Below the pieces are notes generated by a model. That model searched no databases, was not told the DNA's origin, and saw only the letters and a list, made by a program, of their open reading frames with translations. A stretch of DNA of 64,000 nt from Camelus dromedarius. Taxonomy: Eukaryota. Both the position numbers and the translations under genes were made by a program. Positions 24,342-35,310 of the stretch are shown piece by piece; positions within the stretch are counted from its first letter, which is position 1, and each line of letters starts with the position of its first letter. The stretch spans positions 87,918,001-87,982,000 of the forward strand of contig NC_087436.1 of NCBI RefSeq assembly GCF_036321535.1. The letters are read 5' to 3'.

Positions 24342-26090
24342 CAGGAGTGGGATCATATGGTAGCTCTATTTTTAGTTTTTTAAGGAACCTTCATACTGTT
24401 TTCTCTAGTAGCTACACCAATTTACATTCCTACCAACAAATACAGTTAGTATTTGTTTTATATATTTAGGTGCTCTTATCTTGGGTGCATATATGTTAGT
24501 AAGTGTAATATGCTGTTCTTGTATTGCCCCTTTTACCAGTATATAGTGTCCTTCTTTATCTTTCCTTATGGTCTTTGTTTTAAAGTCTGCTTTGTCTGAT
24601 ATGGGTATAGTTACCCCAACTTTCTTGTCATTTCCATTTGCATGAAATATCTTTTTCCATCCCCTCACTTTCAATCTGTGTCTTTCACCCTGTAGTGAGT
24701 CTCCTATAGACAGCATAGTGTAGGTTCTTGTTTTTTTAATCCAATCTGCCACTCTATTTTTTTTTTCTTTTCTCTCTTTTTTTGGGGGGGAGGAGGTAAT
24801 TAGGTTTATTTAGTTAGTTATTTTTAAAGGAGGTACTAGGAATTGAACCCAGGACCTTGTGCATACTACACGTGTGCTCTACCACTTGAGCTATACCCTA
24901 CCCCCGTCACTATTTTTTGATCAGAGCATTTAGTCCATTGACATTGATAGGTATGTACTTAGTGCTATTTTTAACCTTGTTTTACAGTTGTTTTTGTAGT
25001 TCTTTGTTCATTTATTCTTTTTGTTGTTTTCTTTTGTGGTTTGATAATTTTCTTTTGTAATATCCTTGAGTTCCTTTCTTTTTGGTTTTTGTGAATCTGT
25101 TGTATGTTTTTGATTTGTGATTACCGTGGAGTTAAAGTATGTTGACCATTAACTATATCTACTTGCTTTAAACTGATAGTCATACAAGTTCAAACACATT
25201 CTACAAGATCTACATTTTTATACTCCCCTCCCCCACATTCTGTGATTTTTCTGTCCTATATCTTTATACTTATTCTTTTGCTGTTAATTATAGTTATAAT
25301 CACCTTTACAAAAAAAGTGTGTGATTGCTTTTTAATCTATGTACTGGCTTATTTAAGTGATTTTCAATCCTTTTATATATTTGCCTTTCCTATTTTGGTT
25401 TTCCCTTTCCAACAGGTTCTTGCTTGTTTTCTATTTAGGGAAGACCCTTCAATATTTCTTTTAGGATATGGTTACTGTTGATGAATTCTTTTGGTTTTGC
25501 TTGTCTAATAAATTCTTTCTCCTTTTATTCTAAATGATAATCTTGCTGAGTAAAGTATCCTAGGTTACAGATTTTTCCCTTTCAGGACTTTGAATATGTC
25601 ATGTCACTCCCTTCTGACCTGTGAAGTTTCTATAGAGAAATCAGCTAATAGCCTTGTGGGGGTTCCCTTGTAACTGACTTTTTGTTTTTCTCTTTCTGCC
25701 TTTGGAGTCCTCTCTTTGTCTTTAACTTTTGACATTTTAATTATGATATGTCTTGGTGTGGATATGTTTGGTTTCATTTTGTTTGGGACCCTTTGTGTTT
25801 CCTGTACCTGGATATCTGTTACCTTCCTTAGGTTTGGAAATTTTTCATCCATAATTTCTTCAAATACATTTTATATCCCCTTTTCTCTCTCTTCTGTTTC
25901 TGCAACCCCTACTATGTGTAGGTTGGCATACATTGTTTTATGCTACAGATCTCTTATGTTGCTTTCATTTTCTTTAATTTGTCATTCTGTCTGCTGTTCT
26001 GATTAGGTGATTTCCATTATTCTGTCTTCCAGATCACTTAGTCATTTTTCTGTATCATTTATTCAGCTATTTATTGCTTCTAGATTGGCT
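24342..26090 (-). mobile_element. L1 fragment: ORF1 C-terminal part, inter-ORF, ORF2 endonuclease, fused to an ORF2 3' segment
   Basis: ORF 25604..25852 (FPNL...QRVPNKM...TPRHIIIKMSKVKDKER) is L1 ORF1p-like; ORF 24405..24752 (RLKVRGWKKIFHANG...DKEGHYILVKG...NIYAP...YIKQIL) is the L1 ORF2p APE endonuclease. Confidence 0.92.
24757..24905 (-). mobile_element. tRNA-Ala-derived SINE (Vic-1-like) inserted in L1
   Basis: Minus strand GGGGGTAGGGTATAGCTCAAGTGGTAGAGCAC...GGTCCTGGGTTCAATTCCTAGTACCTCC...AAACCTAATTACCTCC plus an A-rich tail; degenerate TSD GCCACTCTATTTT / GTCACTATTTT. Confidence 0.88.
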
Positions 26091-28309
26091 TGAGAATGGA
26101 AAGAGATAACTGGAAGGTTGCTATCCATATGGTCAGAACTCAGTTTAGTTCATAAGCCTCAGGAGTAAAGTCTAAATTTTTTCAGATACAGGGTCCACTG
26201 TTGTTTTTCAGACTTTTATCAAAGTGCAGCACTTATTGAAGACCCTTCAAAAAACAGGCTTCCCAGGAGAATGTGAATTCAGTGGAATATTTGGTAGCTT
26301 GCTCCAAATAGGCAAATGAAGTTTCAAGACAGTTCAGCTCCAGTTCCTCCTTGCAAACACTTTGCTATTCCTGAGTCTCTTCTATGGAGAAATCTTGCAT
26401 ATGCCACTGTGTAAATTTCTTTTGAGAGCTGGGTTGAAGGCAGAAATCTTGAAATTCTGGCATGATTCTTAACTTAGGCTTGGACATATTTTCCTGGGGC
26501 GTATTTTGTATTTGGTTTCCCTTTTACACCGGAAGAGATGAAGAGAAGCATCAATAAAATCAGGGGCCCATGTTTCTGTATTAATATGACCCTAAGAAGA
26601 AAGAGTCAGTTAATATCTCTGAGACCCTCAATCACATAAAGTTATAAGAAAGCCCCTAGTACAGGGCCCAGCATTTAGTTTACATGCAATGAATGTGAGT
26701 TTCTTTTTACTTTTCTTGAAGATTTGAAGCACTAAAAAGGAATTTGGAAAAAAAAAAGAAGGGAGAGACAGAGAGGGGTAAGCATACAGGTGTAGTCTAG
26801 ACTACTAATTCCTGATTAACAATTACAAATAGTTGTGCAGATTTCTAATTAAAATTTAAAATAAGAAGTTTATTCTTAAGGGCAATATAGGGCTTCCAAT
26901 GATGAACTAGTCCAGTACTAATCAATGCTATTCAGTAGCGTATAAATCCCAATTGTATTACTTCTTCCTTCTTCTGTTAATCTCAGATCTACCTCCAGTA
27001 TCCTGAGTATTGTGTTCAAGCATGAATCTACTTTGTGGTAACTATACAAAGAGTCAACTCTTTGTCAAAGATTAGAGAAGGAGAATTTTTTCCACATATA
27101 GGGGATTCTGTATTTTGCTGAGAATCTTTTTACTACAATGAATATTTGAAAACAGACTTTCTCAGTAGCCATCCCTGCTTTTCTTCCTTGTATGACCCTT
27201 TCATTTGCAGGCAGAAGCAGGGGTGTGGGTGGGGGGAGTAGTCCTCCACAGGAAGTGACCCTTGCTGCAGTTCTCCTCATGCTGTCAATCAACCAGAGAA
27301 CCATCTGTCCCACTTTAGGTTTCAGAAGCCATCTTGCACATCTGCTGTGTCACTTATAGAACCCCCCGAAAGCTGTTAGATGAATTAGGGGAACCAGAGT
27401 GCAGCTGCACATAGCTGATTTTGAATTTTTGCAGCTGGGTCCTACATGTCAATCTCAGTTTTGAAGTTATTTTTATAAGATTAGAACCACAAAGTGAATA
27501 ATTCATTTTGTAATAACTCCTGAGAGAGTGTGCCCTAAAATTCTTTTAAAGTCTAAAAAATACATATTTTAAGAACTCCCACCAAATGTTTAACATTCAA
27601 GCTAACTGTAAATATTTATATAATTATTCATGAGTTCCTTTTAAGAAAAAGTATTGCATGAAAAAAAATGTTTTGAAAACTTTGACTCAAGAGCCAAGTA
27701 CCTTCTGATATGGAAGCAAGTTTGAGGTCTGCTATTGAGAGGCTAGAAGTTTGCAAGCTGGAAATCTGAAGTATTAACAGCTTCAGGCCAGTTTTCCAAT
27801 ATTAGCCTCAAATTGACCAAAAAATAAATACTTATTCATCTATGCAGGAAATGCGAACTTCACATTCTTAAGATGTTATAACATAGAATTTTGAAAGTTT
27901 ACCGACCCAGAACATCAAACCATAGGAAATTAGTCCTGGCTGCATCCTTATATATGCTGAACATTCTGTTCAGTGTTTTTTCTCAGTCTTAGCTCCTGCA
28001 GCATTTTCAAATGCCTTTTTGGTAACACTTTCAACACCACATTATTTGTTTACCTGTTTTCACCCACGATACTAATTCTTATGAGAAAAGAGACTTTGCC
28101 CCTCCTGTTCATATCAACAGTATCATGCATACTGGGGTCTTTTAAAAATGTTTCACTAAATGAAGTCATTTATGTATGTAATAGAATATGTGTTCTGATA
28201 TTTCTTGAGAAGGCCTTTAAGAGATGCAATCAGAAGCCACAGGCTCTTATCACAACATCTGCAGGCCTGTCTGCACCTGTGCCCCTATTATCTGTCTTTC
28301 CCCCTGTTC

Positions 28310-30085
28310 CTGTGAGTCTTCTACCTGTGCTCCAGTCCAAGACCAGCCCTACACTTGTGAGGTAGATCCCATCCTCTCTCATCTACTCAAGGACATCCCT
28401 TCAGCAGTTCTGCTCATTCTCTCCCACATAGCTGATTTCCCTTCACTGTTGGAACATTACCATCGGCTTATAAAAAGCTGTAATTCTCACACCTTTAACA
28501 ACAACAAAATCCCCAAAATTTCTCTTGACGTCACACCCTATTAATTTGATCTTTTATGGTAAAACTCCTTGAAAGAATTTTCTATACTTCCTATCTCCAG
28601 TTCCTCTTCTCCCAGTCTCTCTTGGACCTACTTCAAGCATGTGTTTTCCCTTACTCTTCCACTGCAAATGCCTTTGTGAAAGTTCCCATGGCCTCCATGT
28701 TACTAAACTGATTTTTCAGTTCTCAATCCTTGTATTACTTGACCTATTCTAAGAAGAGCATTTGACACAATTGGTCACTCCTTAAACATTTTCTTCACTT
28801 GATTCCAAAATATCCCACTTTTCTACTTTTTTTTTTTAAATCTTACTAGCCTCTCTTTCTCAGTATCTTTTGCTAGTTCCTACTCTTTCTGACTTCTCAA
28901 TTTTGGAGTGCTCTTGGATTCAGACTTTGGACATCTCTGTAGTCACTTTCTTGGTAATCTCATACAACTTCGAGGTTTAAATAACATCTATGTTCTGATA
29001 ACTCCCAAATTTAGTTTTCCAGTACAAACCTCTCTGGAACTCCAGACTCATCTGTCTGTCTGTCTGTCTGTCTGTCTATGTATCTATCTATTTAATAGAC
29101 ATCTCAAACTTTACATATCCCAAATCAAATTTCTGATCTCCAACTCCACAACAGAAAAAAAATTAACCTCTTATTTTCAATCTTCTCCATCTAAGGCAAT
29201 TCCTCTTCCTAATTTATTGGGCTAAAATCCTTGGAAGCATCCTATCCTTGACAATTTTTTTTGTCTCAAACCCTGCTTACACTCACTTGGTAAATCCTAC
29301 TGACCTAATCTTCAAGTCATATCCCCACAGTCTGATCATTTCTCACTAGACCTACTGCTCCCACACTGGTCCACGTCACCATCATCTTTGCCTAAATTAT
29401 TGCTCAAGTCCCCCTACTGCTCTCTCTGCCTTACTTCAGTTTACTCATAACATAGCAGCCACACTGATCTTGTTAAAATCCAAGTCAGTTGTTCACTCCT
29501 CTAATCAGAACCCTCCAGTGGCTTCCCAGCTTTCTCCAGTAAATGACAAAGTCCTTTCGGTATCTCCAAGACCCTGCATCTTTTTCTACCTCCCTTTGGA
29601 CCTCCTATTCTACTACTCTTCCCCTTGCTGACTACACTCCAGCAACACTGCTTTTGCATTTTCTCAGACAAGCCAAGCAGGTGGTCTCAGGGTCACTGTA
29701 ATTGTTTCCTCCTCTGGGTATCTGAGTGCTCTAGGATATCTGTATAAGTCAGTCTCTCATCTGCATCAGATCTCTTCTGGGCTGTCATGTTCTCACTGGG
29801 TCTTTCTTGATCATCTTGTTTAAAAATTGCAACCTGTCTCTTCTTTCTCCCCATCCTCAACCCCTGCTCCTCACTAGCATTTCCTATCCCCGCGTCTACT
29901 CCCTGCCATGTTTTGCACTTCCATGGTGCTTGCTACCACCTGACCTATATTTTACTTAGTCCTTTTCTGTCTCTTGGTAGGCACTATGTGGGCAGGATTT
30001 TAATTTTTTCATTGATGTATCCCTAGTGCCTAGAACAGTGCCTGGCACTTAAGTCCTCAACTAATATTTGTTAAAAAACAGAATA
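28310..30085 (+). mobile_element. L2 (L2a-like) 3' portion
   Basis: Pyrimidine-rich L2 body ending in CCTAGTGCCTAGAACAGTGCCTGGCAC...AATATTTGTT, the typical L2 3' terminus. Confidence 0.8.
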
Positions 30086-30329
30086 AGTAAAAGGTTTATA
30101 GTTATTAAGGAGTATATACCATAAGCCAGGGAATTGATAAAGACTGCAGAGGTTGAAAAAAAAAATCAAACACAAGCACTGCCTCTGCTGCTAAAAAGCT
30201 AAGTTCACCAGCAGAGATAATAATAGCTGAGATTTGTCAAGCATTTACTTTGTGCCAGGCACTGTTCTAAGAATTTTACGTATGTCATATTTAATTCTCA
30301 AAACACTATTAGAGATAACAGAATCTAAC

Positions 30330-31100
30330 AAGGGAATGGGTGCTCAAGGAGGAAAGTGCAGCATATACACCAAGAGGTGAGAGAGTCGGGTGCCTTGGGC
30401 ATCCAAAAAATAATGATATTAGTTACAGCTGGAGAAGAAGTAGTAGAGAGAAAGTGATAAGGGTGATAGAGGCCATACCATGAAGGGCCTCGTATGTCAT
30501 GGTGAGGATTTTACATTTTATCTTGAAGGCAGTAGGGAAGACATAGATGGATTTTAAACAAGGGAATGGAGATAGGATCAGATTTGAATTTCAGAAAAAT
30601 CACTGTCAGCTGCGTAGGTCACAGGTTACATTAAAGTCAGGGAGAGTGGCTACATTCATTAAAGCTGTTTTAGCCCAGAATAGAAAAGATGAAAGCCTGA
30701 ACTAATATGATTGAAATGGTAATAAAGACAGGAGAACAGATTTCAGGAATAATACCAGTAGGGCAGTTAAAGCAGAAGAGGACAAGAATGACCCCCAGAT
30801 TTCTGGCTTTGGGCACCAGTGTTGGGTGGTGGAACCACTGACTGACAGAATACTGGAGGGGCAAATTTTGATGGAGGGCTGAATTTTGGACATGCTGATT
30901 TTACAGTGTCTACAGGATACCCAAATGGAGGGTTGTAGTGGACAGTTAGATACAATTTTGGACATGCTGATTTTACAGTGTCTACAGGATACCCAAATGG
31001 AGGGTTGTAGTGGAGCTCAGAAGAAGATCTAGGCTGGAGTGATCGATGGAGTTGATGGTACAGTAGTGGATGAGTGGGATGAATGCTGGGCAACACCAGT
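30330..31100 (-). mobile_element. L2 fragment (antisense) containing a recent 61-bp duplication
   Basis: Purine-rich L2 motifs (GGATCAGATTTGAATTTCAGAAAAATCACTG; TTTTGGACATGCTGA...TGGAGCTCAG). Confidence 0.7.
30882..31014. repeat. Perfect 61-bp direct repeat with 11-nt spacer
   Basis: AATTTTGGACATGCTGATTTTACAGTGTCTACAGGATACCCAAATGGAGGGTTGTAGTGGA at 30882-30942 and 30954-31014. Confidence 0.95.
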
Positions 31101-31106
31101 ATGTAA

Positions 31107-31925
31107 AGCAGTGATTCCCAGTCTGTTGACTTTGAGCATCAGATCACCTCAGGAGGATTTAACAATACAAATTCTCTGGAGCCCCTCCCCAATCTTACCA
31201 ATTCAGAATCTTCAGGAGATGAGACTGAGGGATCTATAGGTTTTTTAAAGCTCCCAGTTGATTCTGCTGGGGTTAGCCTGCAGCATGCCAAAGAAGCAAC
31301 TGGGAGCCACTGATTTAAATGATGAATAAAAAAGTCCAAGAAGTATTACTTGAAAGAAGAGGCAAGAAGAGGCAATTAGTACTGATAGTACCTCATATTT
31401 GTTGTGCACTTACTATGAGCCAGGCACTGTTCTAAACATTGTGGAGCAATGCCGTATAAAATCCTCAGAACAACTCTATAGGTAGTGGGTGCTGTTATTA
31501 TCCTCACTCTACAAATGAGGGATTTGAGGCACAGGGAGGTAGAGTAACTTATTCAAGGTCACATAGCTAGTGAGTGATACAGGCAGGATTTGAATCTAGC
31601 CTATGCTCCAAGTCAGTGCTTCCCAAATTTTAAAATGCTTACGAATCACCTGGGAATTTATTTTCAAAGCAGATTCCAATTGAATGTCTGAGGTGGGAAC
31701 TGAGATTCTGTATGTGTAACAAGTTCTCAGGTGAGGTCAGTGCTGCCGGTCTTAGGATCACCTTTGAGTAGCAAGGGTCCTCCACACCGCTGGTTCTCAA
31801 CTTGGCTACATATTAGAATCACCTGGTCAGATTTTTGAAAGTAATGAGGCCCAGGACCCCCACCCCCACCCCACCGCCGCCCAAACTAATTCAAGCAGAA
31901 CCTTTGGGTGTGGGATCTGGGCAGG
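31107..31925. mobile_element. Cluster of MER5-family MITEs and a MIR
   Basis: Three CAGTG..TCCCA/CTCAA...AATCACCTGG-type elements (about 31107-31312, 31613-31775, 31788-31925) and a MIR core (ACAAATGAGGGATTTGAGGCACAGGGAGGTAGAGTAACTT) near 31390-31605. Confidence 0.65.
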
Positions 31926-32662
31926 GGGAAGAAACTAGGGGTAGGGTGGAGCATTAACAGTGACTGAAATTAATTTTTTAAATGGGAGGAGGGAGACAGT
32001 GATAGATGGGCCATCTATTAAAGAGTATGATTAGTCAAATCAATCTAATTCTGTATATCTGTGGTCTTAAAAAAAAAAAGCCACAATTTGAAATGATTTT
32101 TTTAAAACGTACACTAAATCTGAAGAATAAGTCTTTCTGAGTAGAGAAAAGATGAAGAAAGAAAATTATACAGGCAATTTAGGGAAAGGTTGAAAATCAA
32201 CAAAGTATAAAGTCCATTCCCGAAGCTGACAAAGAAAATGTTCTAATGAAGTAGTAAAAATTGATTACTTTCTTTCAGACATTTTCCCGAATTTAAATGA
32301 CAAATACTAAAGCCGGACATGAAACTGAATGAATAAAATGTTCTTTGTTCTAATTTTAGAAGATGGAGACATTGTCTTTTCTAGAGATCATTAATTTATA
32401 AAACCAGCATAAAATGTCTATATCCACATATCCGTGTAATAAAAAAATTACATTGCTCACCATTTAAATTTAAATGACAGAATTTTCTTCTAAATATAAC
32501 TGCAAACTAAACATGCATGGATATAAAGACAAATTTGAATAAGAAAGACAAGGGAAATTTCTGATAAATCTTATGTAATATGTCTTTTTCTCAGATCTAT
32601 CTGAAGTAAGTCACAGTATTAGCCATATAAGGACTCAAGTTGTTTACTATCCGTGTATTGCA

Positions 32663-33176
32663 TGTATTAGCTATCCATTATTGCATAGAAATTACTCACA
32701 AGCTTAGCAGCTTAAAACAATAAACATTTATTGTCTCAATTTTTATGGGTCAGGAATTTGGGAATGGGTTCGCTGTGTATTTCTGGCTCAGGGTGTCTCC
32801 TAAAGCTTTGGTTGGGATGTAGGCTGGGGTTACAAGCTTCTAAAGGCTTCACTTGGTGCTGGAGGCCCCATTTCCAAGGCAGCTTACTCCCCTGGTTGCT
32901 GGCGAGGGCCTCAGTTCCGCTCAGTGTCCTCGTGACCAGGCAACTGGTACTGAGAGCCAGTACTCCAAGGGAGAAAGAGGAGGAGGATGCAGTGCCTTTT
33001 ATGACCTAGTATCTGAAGCCATCACCACTGCTTCTTCCATATTTATTTGTTAGAAGCAAATAAGTCCAGTAAAGAGGCACTAAGTCTGACCCACACCCAA
33101 GGGGAGGGGAAATTGAACTCCACTTCTTGAGAGAGGAGGATCACAGGTTTTATGAACGTATTTTAAATCCACCACA
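32663..33176 (-). mobile_element. MaLR MLT1-type solo LTR
   Basis: TG...CA ends; CTTAGCAGCTTAAAACAATAAACATTTATTGTCTCA...GGGTCAGGAATTTGGG is typical of a reverse-oriented MLT1. Confidence 0.8.
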
Positions 33177-33544
33177 GTGTGTCATGTAAAACTACAGCTT
33201 GATATCAGGGCTGTCTGTCAAGTGGACTATTATGTTTTTCTGGAAAACGCCGTTTACCTTCCATATCTCCAGGGTCTCGTTTCCCAGTCATTCCTCAAAC
33301 TACTGTCTTTTACCCCTCAATTCTCCTCTGAACCTCTTCTCCAAAGGTAAATAATGGTCTCCTAGTTACTAAATTACTTGGATTCCTTTCATATCTTATT
33401 GTTATGTTTGTGCAGCATTTGATATTTTTAATCACCCCCCCCACATGAAGTTGTCTTTCTTTTGGCTTCTGATACAATACTCTTTCCTGACTTTCTGTTC
33501 AGGATATTCATATAGTGGCTTCTCAACCCTGGCTACACATATGT

Positions 33545-34050
33545 GCTTGTATTTCACGTTTACATAAATTCTGTTTTGTTGCTGTTGTTTTCAAATTCAG
33601 GACCGTATTTCTAAAATGCACCCATGCTGCTTTGTGCATATGTAATCTGCTGCTTCTGGTGACTGCACAGTAGTCTACGGTGTGTATTTCACCAGTTTTG
33701 CCTCTGCACACACTCACTGCCCAGGCACGGCCATACAGGCTGCTTCAAGCTTCTCACCGTCACAAGTAGTGATACAACAAACCTCCTTGAACACATTCCC
33801 TCATGGACCTGAGAATTCTTTAGAACTTAGCTCCCCAGGAGGAGAATGGCTATGCATATTCTGTGTTGGACTAAGCACTGCTAGATTGCTCTCCAGCATG
33901 GCTGCCCCCGCTGTGCTTCCACCTGGATTCATGAGACTTCTGATGCCCATACTTCCACAGCCCCATCAACTCTTGGCTTTGCCCAGCCTTCTAATTTTTG
34001 CCAACCTTTTAGACATGAAGTAATGATCTCGTTGTTTTCATTTGCGTTTC
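33545..34050 (-). mobile_element. Old L1 (L1ME-like) 3' fragment
   Basis: Decayed reverse L1 3' motifs (CTAGATTGCTCTCCAG...CTTCTAATTTTTGCCAACC...TAATGATCTCGTTGTTTTCATTTGCGTTTC). Confidence 0.6.
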
Positions 34051-34088
34051 ACTGACATTTTGGGGTCCTTCAGGAAAGGTGAGTGCCA

Positions 34089-34562
34089 TGTATTAGTTTC
34101 CTAAGGATACCATAACAGTACCAATATTTGGGTGGTTTAAAATAAAAAAATTATTGTTTGACAGTTCTAGAGTCTAGAAGTCTGAAATCGAGTGTCAGCA
34201 GGGTCATGCTCCCTCTGATGGCTCCAGAAAAGAATCCTGTCTTGTCTCTTGAAACTTCTGGTGTTTGCCAGCGATCCTTGGTGTTCCTTGGCTTGGAGAT
34301 GCCAAGTCACATGGCTCTAGTCACATGGCTGGCTTCCTCCCTGTGTCTCGACATGGTCTCCCCCTCTGTGTGTCTGCCTTTCTGTCCAAATGACCCCTTT
34401 CTGTAAGAACATCAGTTATACTGGGTTGGGGTCAATCCTTATGACCTCTTGTTAACTTGATTACCTCTGTAAAGACCCTATTTCCAAATAAGGTCACATT
34501 CTGAAGTACTGGGGGTTAGGACTTCCACATATTTTGAAGGGTACACAAATCAATCCATAATG
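34089..34562 (-). mobile_element. MLT1C/B-like solo LTR
   Basis: TGTATTAGTTTCCTAAGG...CAGTTCTAGAGTCTAGAAGTCTGAAATC...CCAAATAAGGTCACATTCTGAAGTACTGGGGGTTAGGACTT. Confidence 0.85.
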
Positions 34563-34849
34563 CATGGTGTATTTATTTCCATGTGAAGTACTGCCAAATG
34601 AATAAGAAGGCTGTGATATATTATGTAGGAAATATGAAATCATTTGAGTGCTAAGGATGCTTAAAACTTTTTTTAAAAAATCAGACAATGTAAGTATAAA
34701 ATACATTGGTTTAGACTGTTTGGTAAGAATAGCTGAGCTGCTTATTAGTAGGTTGGTTATGGAACAAATTATGATCCAATCGACAAGTTAAAAAATAAAC
34801 TATCAATCACACATCATGAGACAGATCTATATATACCTTAGTAAGCATT

Positions 34850-35310
34850 TATTGTTGCACCTGCCCAGTGTCATTCCTTCTTTTGGTAGCAGTACCCTGA
34901 TGTTCCTTTGTGAAACTAAGTGTTGCTCATTTTTAGTTCGTGTGGTGAGGCTGAAGTTGATTCTGTCCCTGGTTCTAGATGTGGACCCATGATGCAAGTG
35001 GGGCTGATGATTGTCCATTCTGGGATTTTGGCTGAAAGTATTGGGAGAGAGTCACACTCCTTCCACGGGGCTTGCTAACCTGCTGTTGCTTGCCTGGGCA
35101 GGAAGCCGTTGCAGAGAAAGGCAGAGACCAGAGTGGGAGTGAGAGAGGGTTTCCTGATGCTGTCTTTAGACCACTTGGACCCAGCTGCACATGAGGTATA
35201 GATCTGCCTCTGGACTTTGCAACCACATGAGCAAAAAAGAAATCCCTTTTTAATCTAGTTTGATTTGAATTGGTGTCTAATTCTTGCCACAGAAAGGGTC
35301 CTGATAAACA
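34850..35310 (+). mobile_element. Old MaLR (MLT1J/K-like) LTR
   Basis: 3' end CTCTGGACTTTGCAACCACATGAGC...TTCTTGCCACAGAAAGGGTCCTGATAAACA resembles the MLT1J/K terminus. Confidence 0.6.

Noticed and set aside
30882..31014. Repeat-spacer-repeat as a CRISPR-like array
   Set aside because: Only two copies, inside an L2 in a mammalian genome, with no cas genes.
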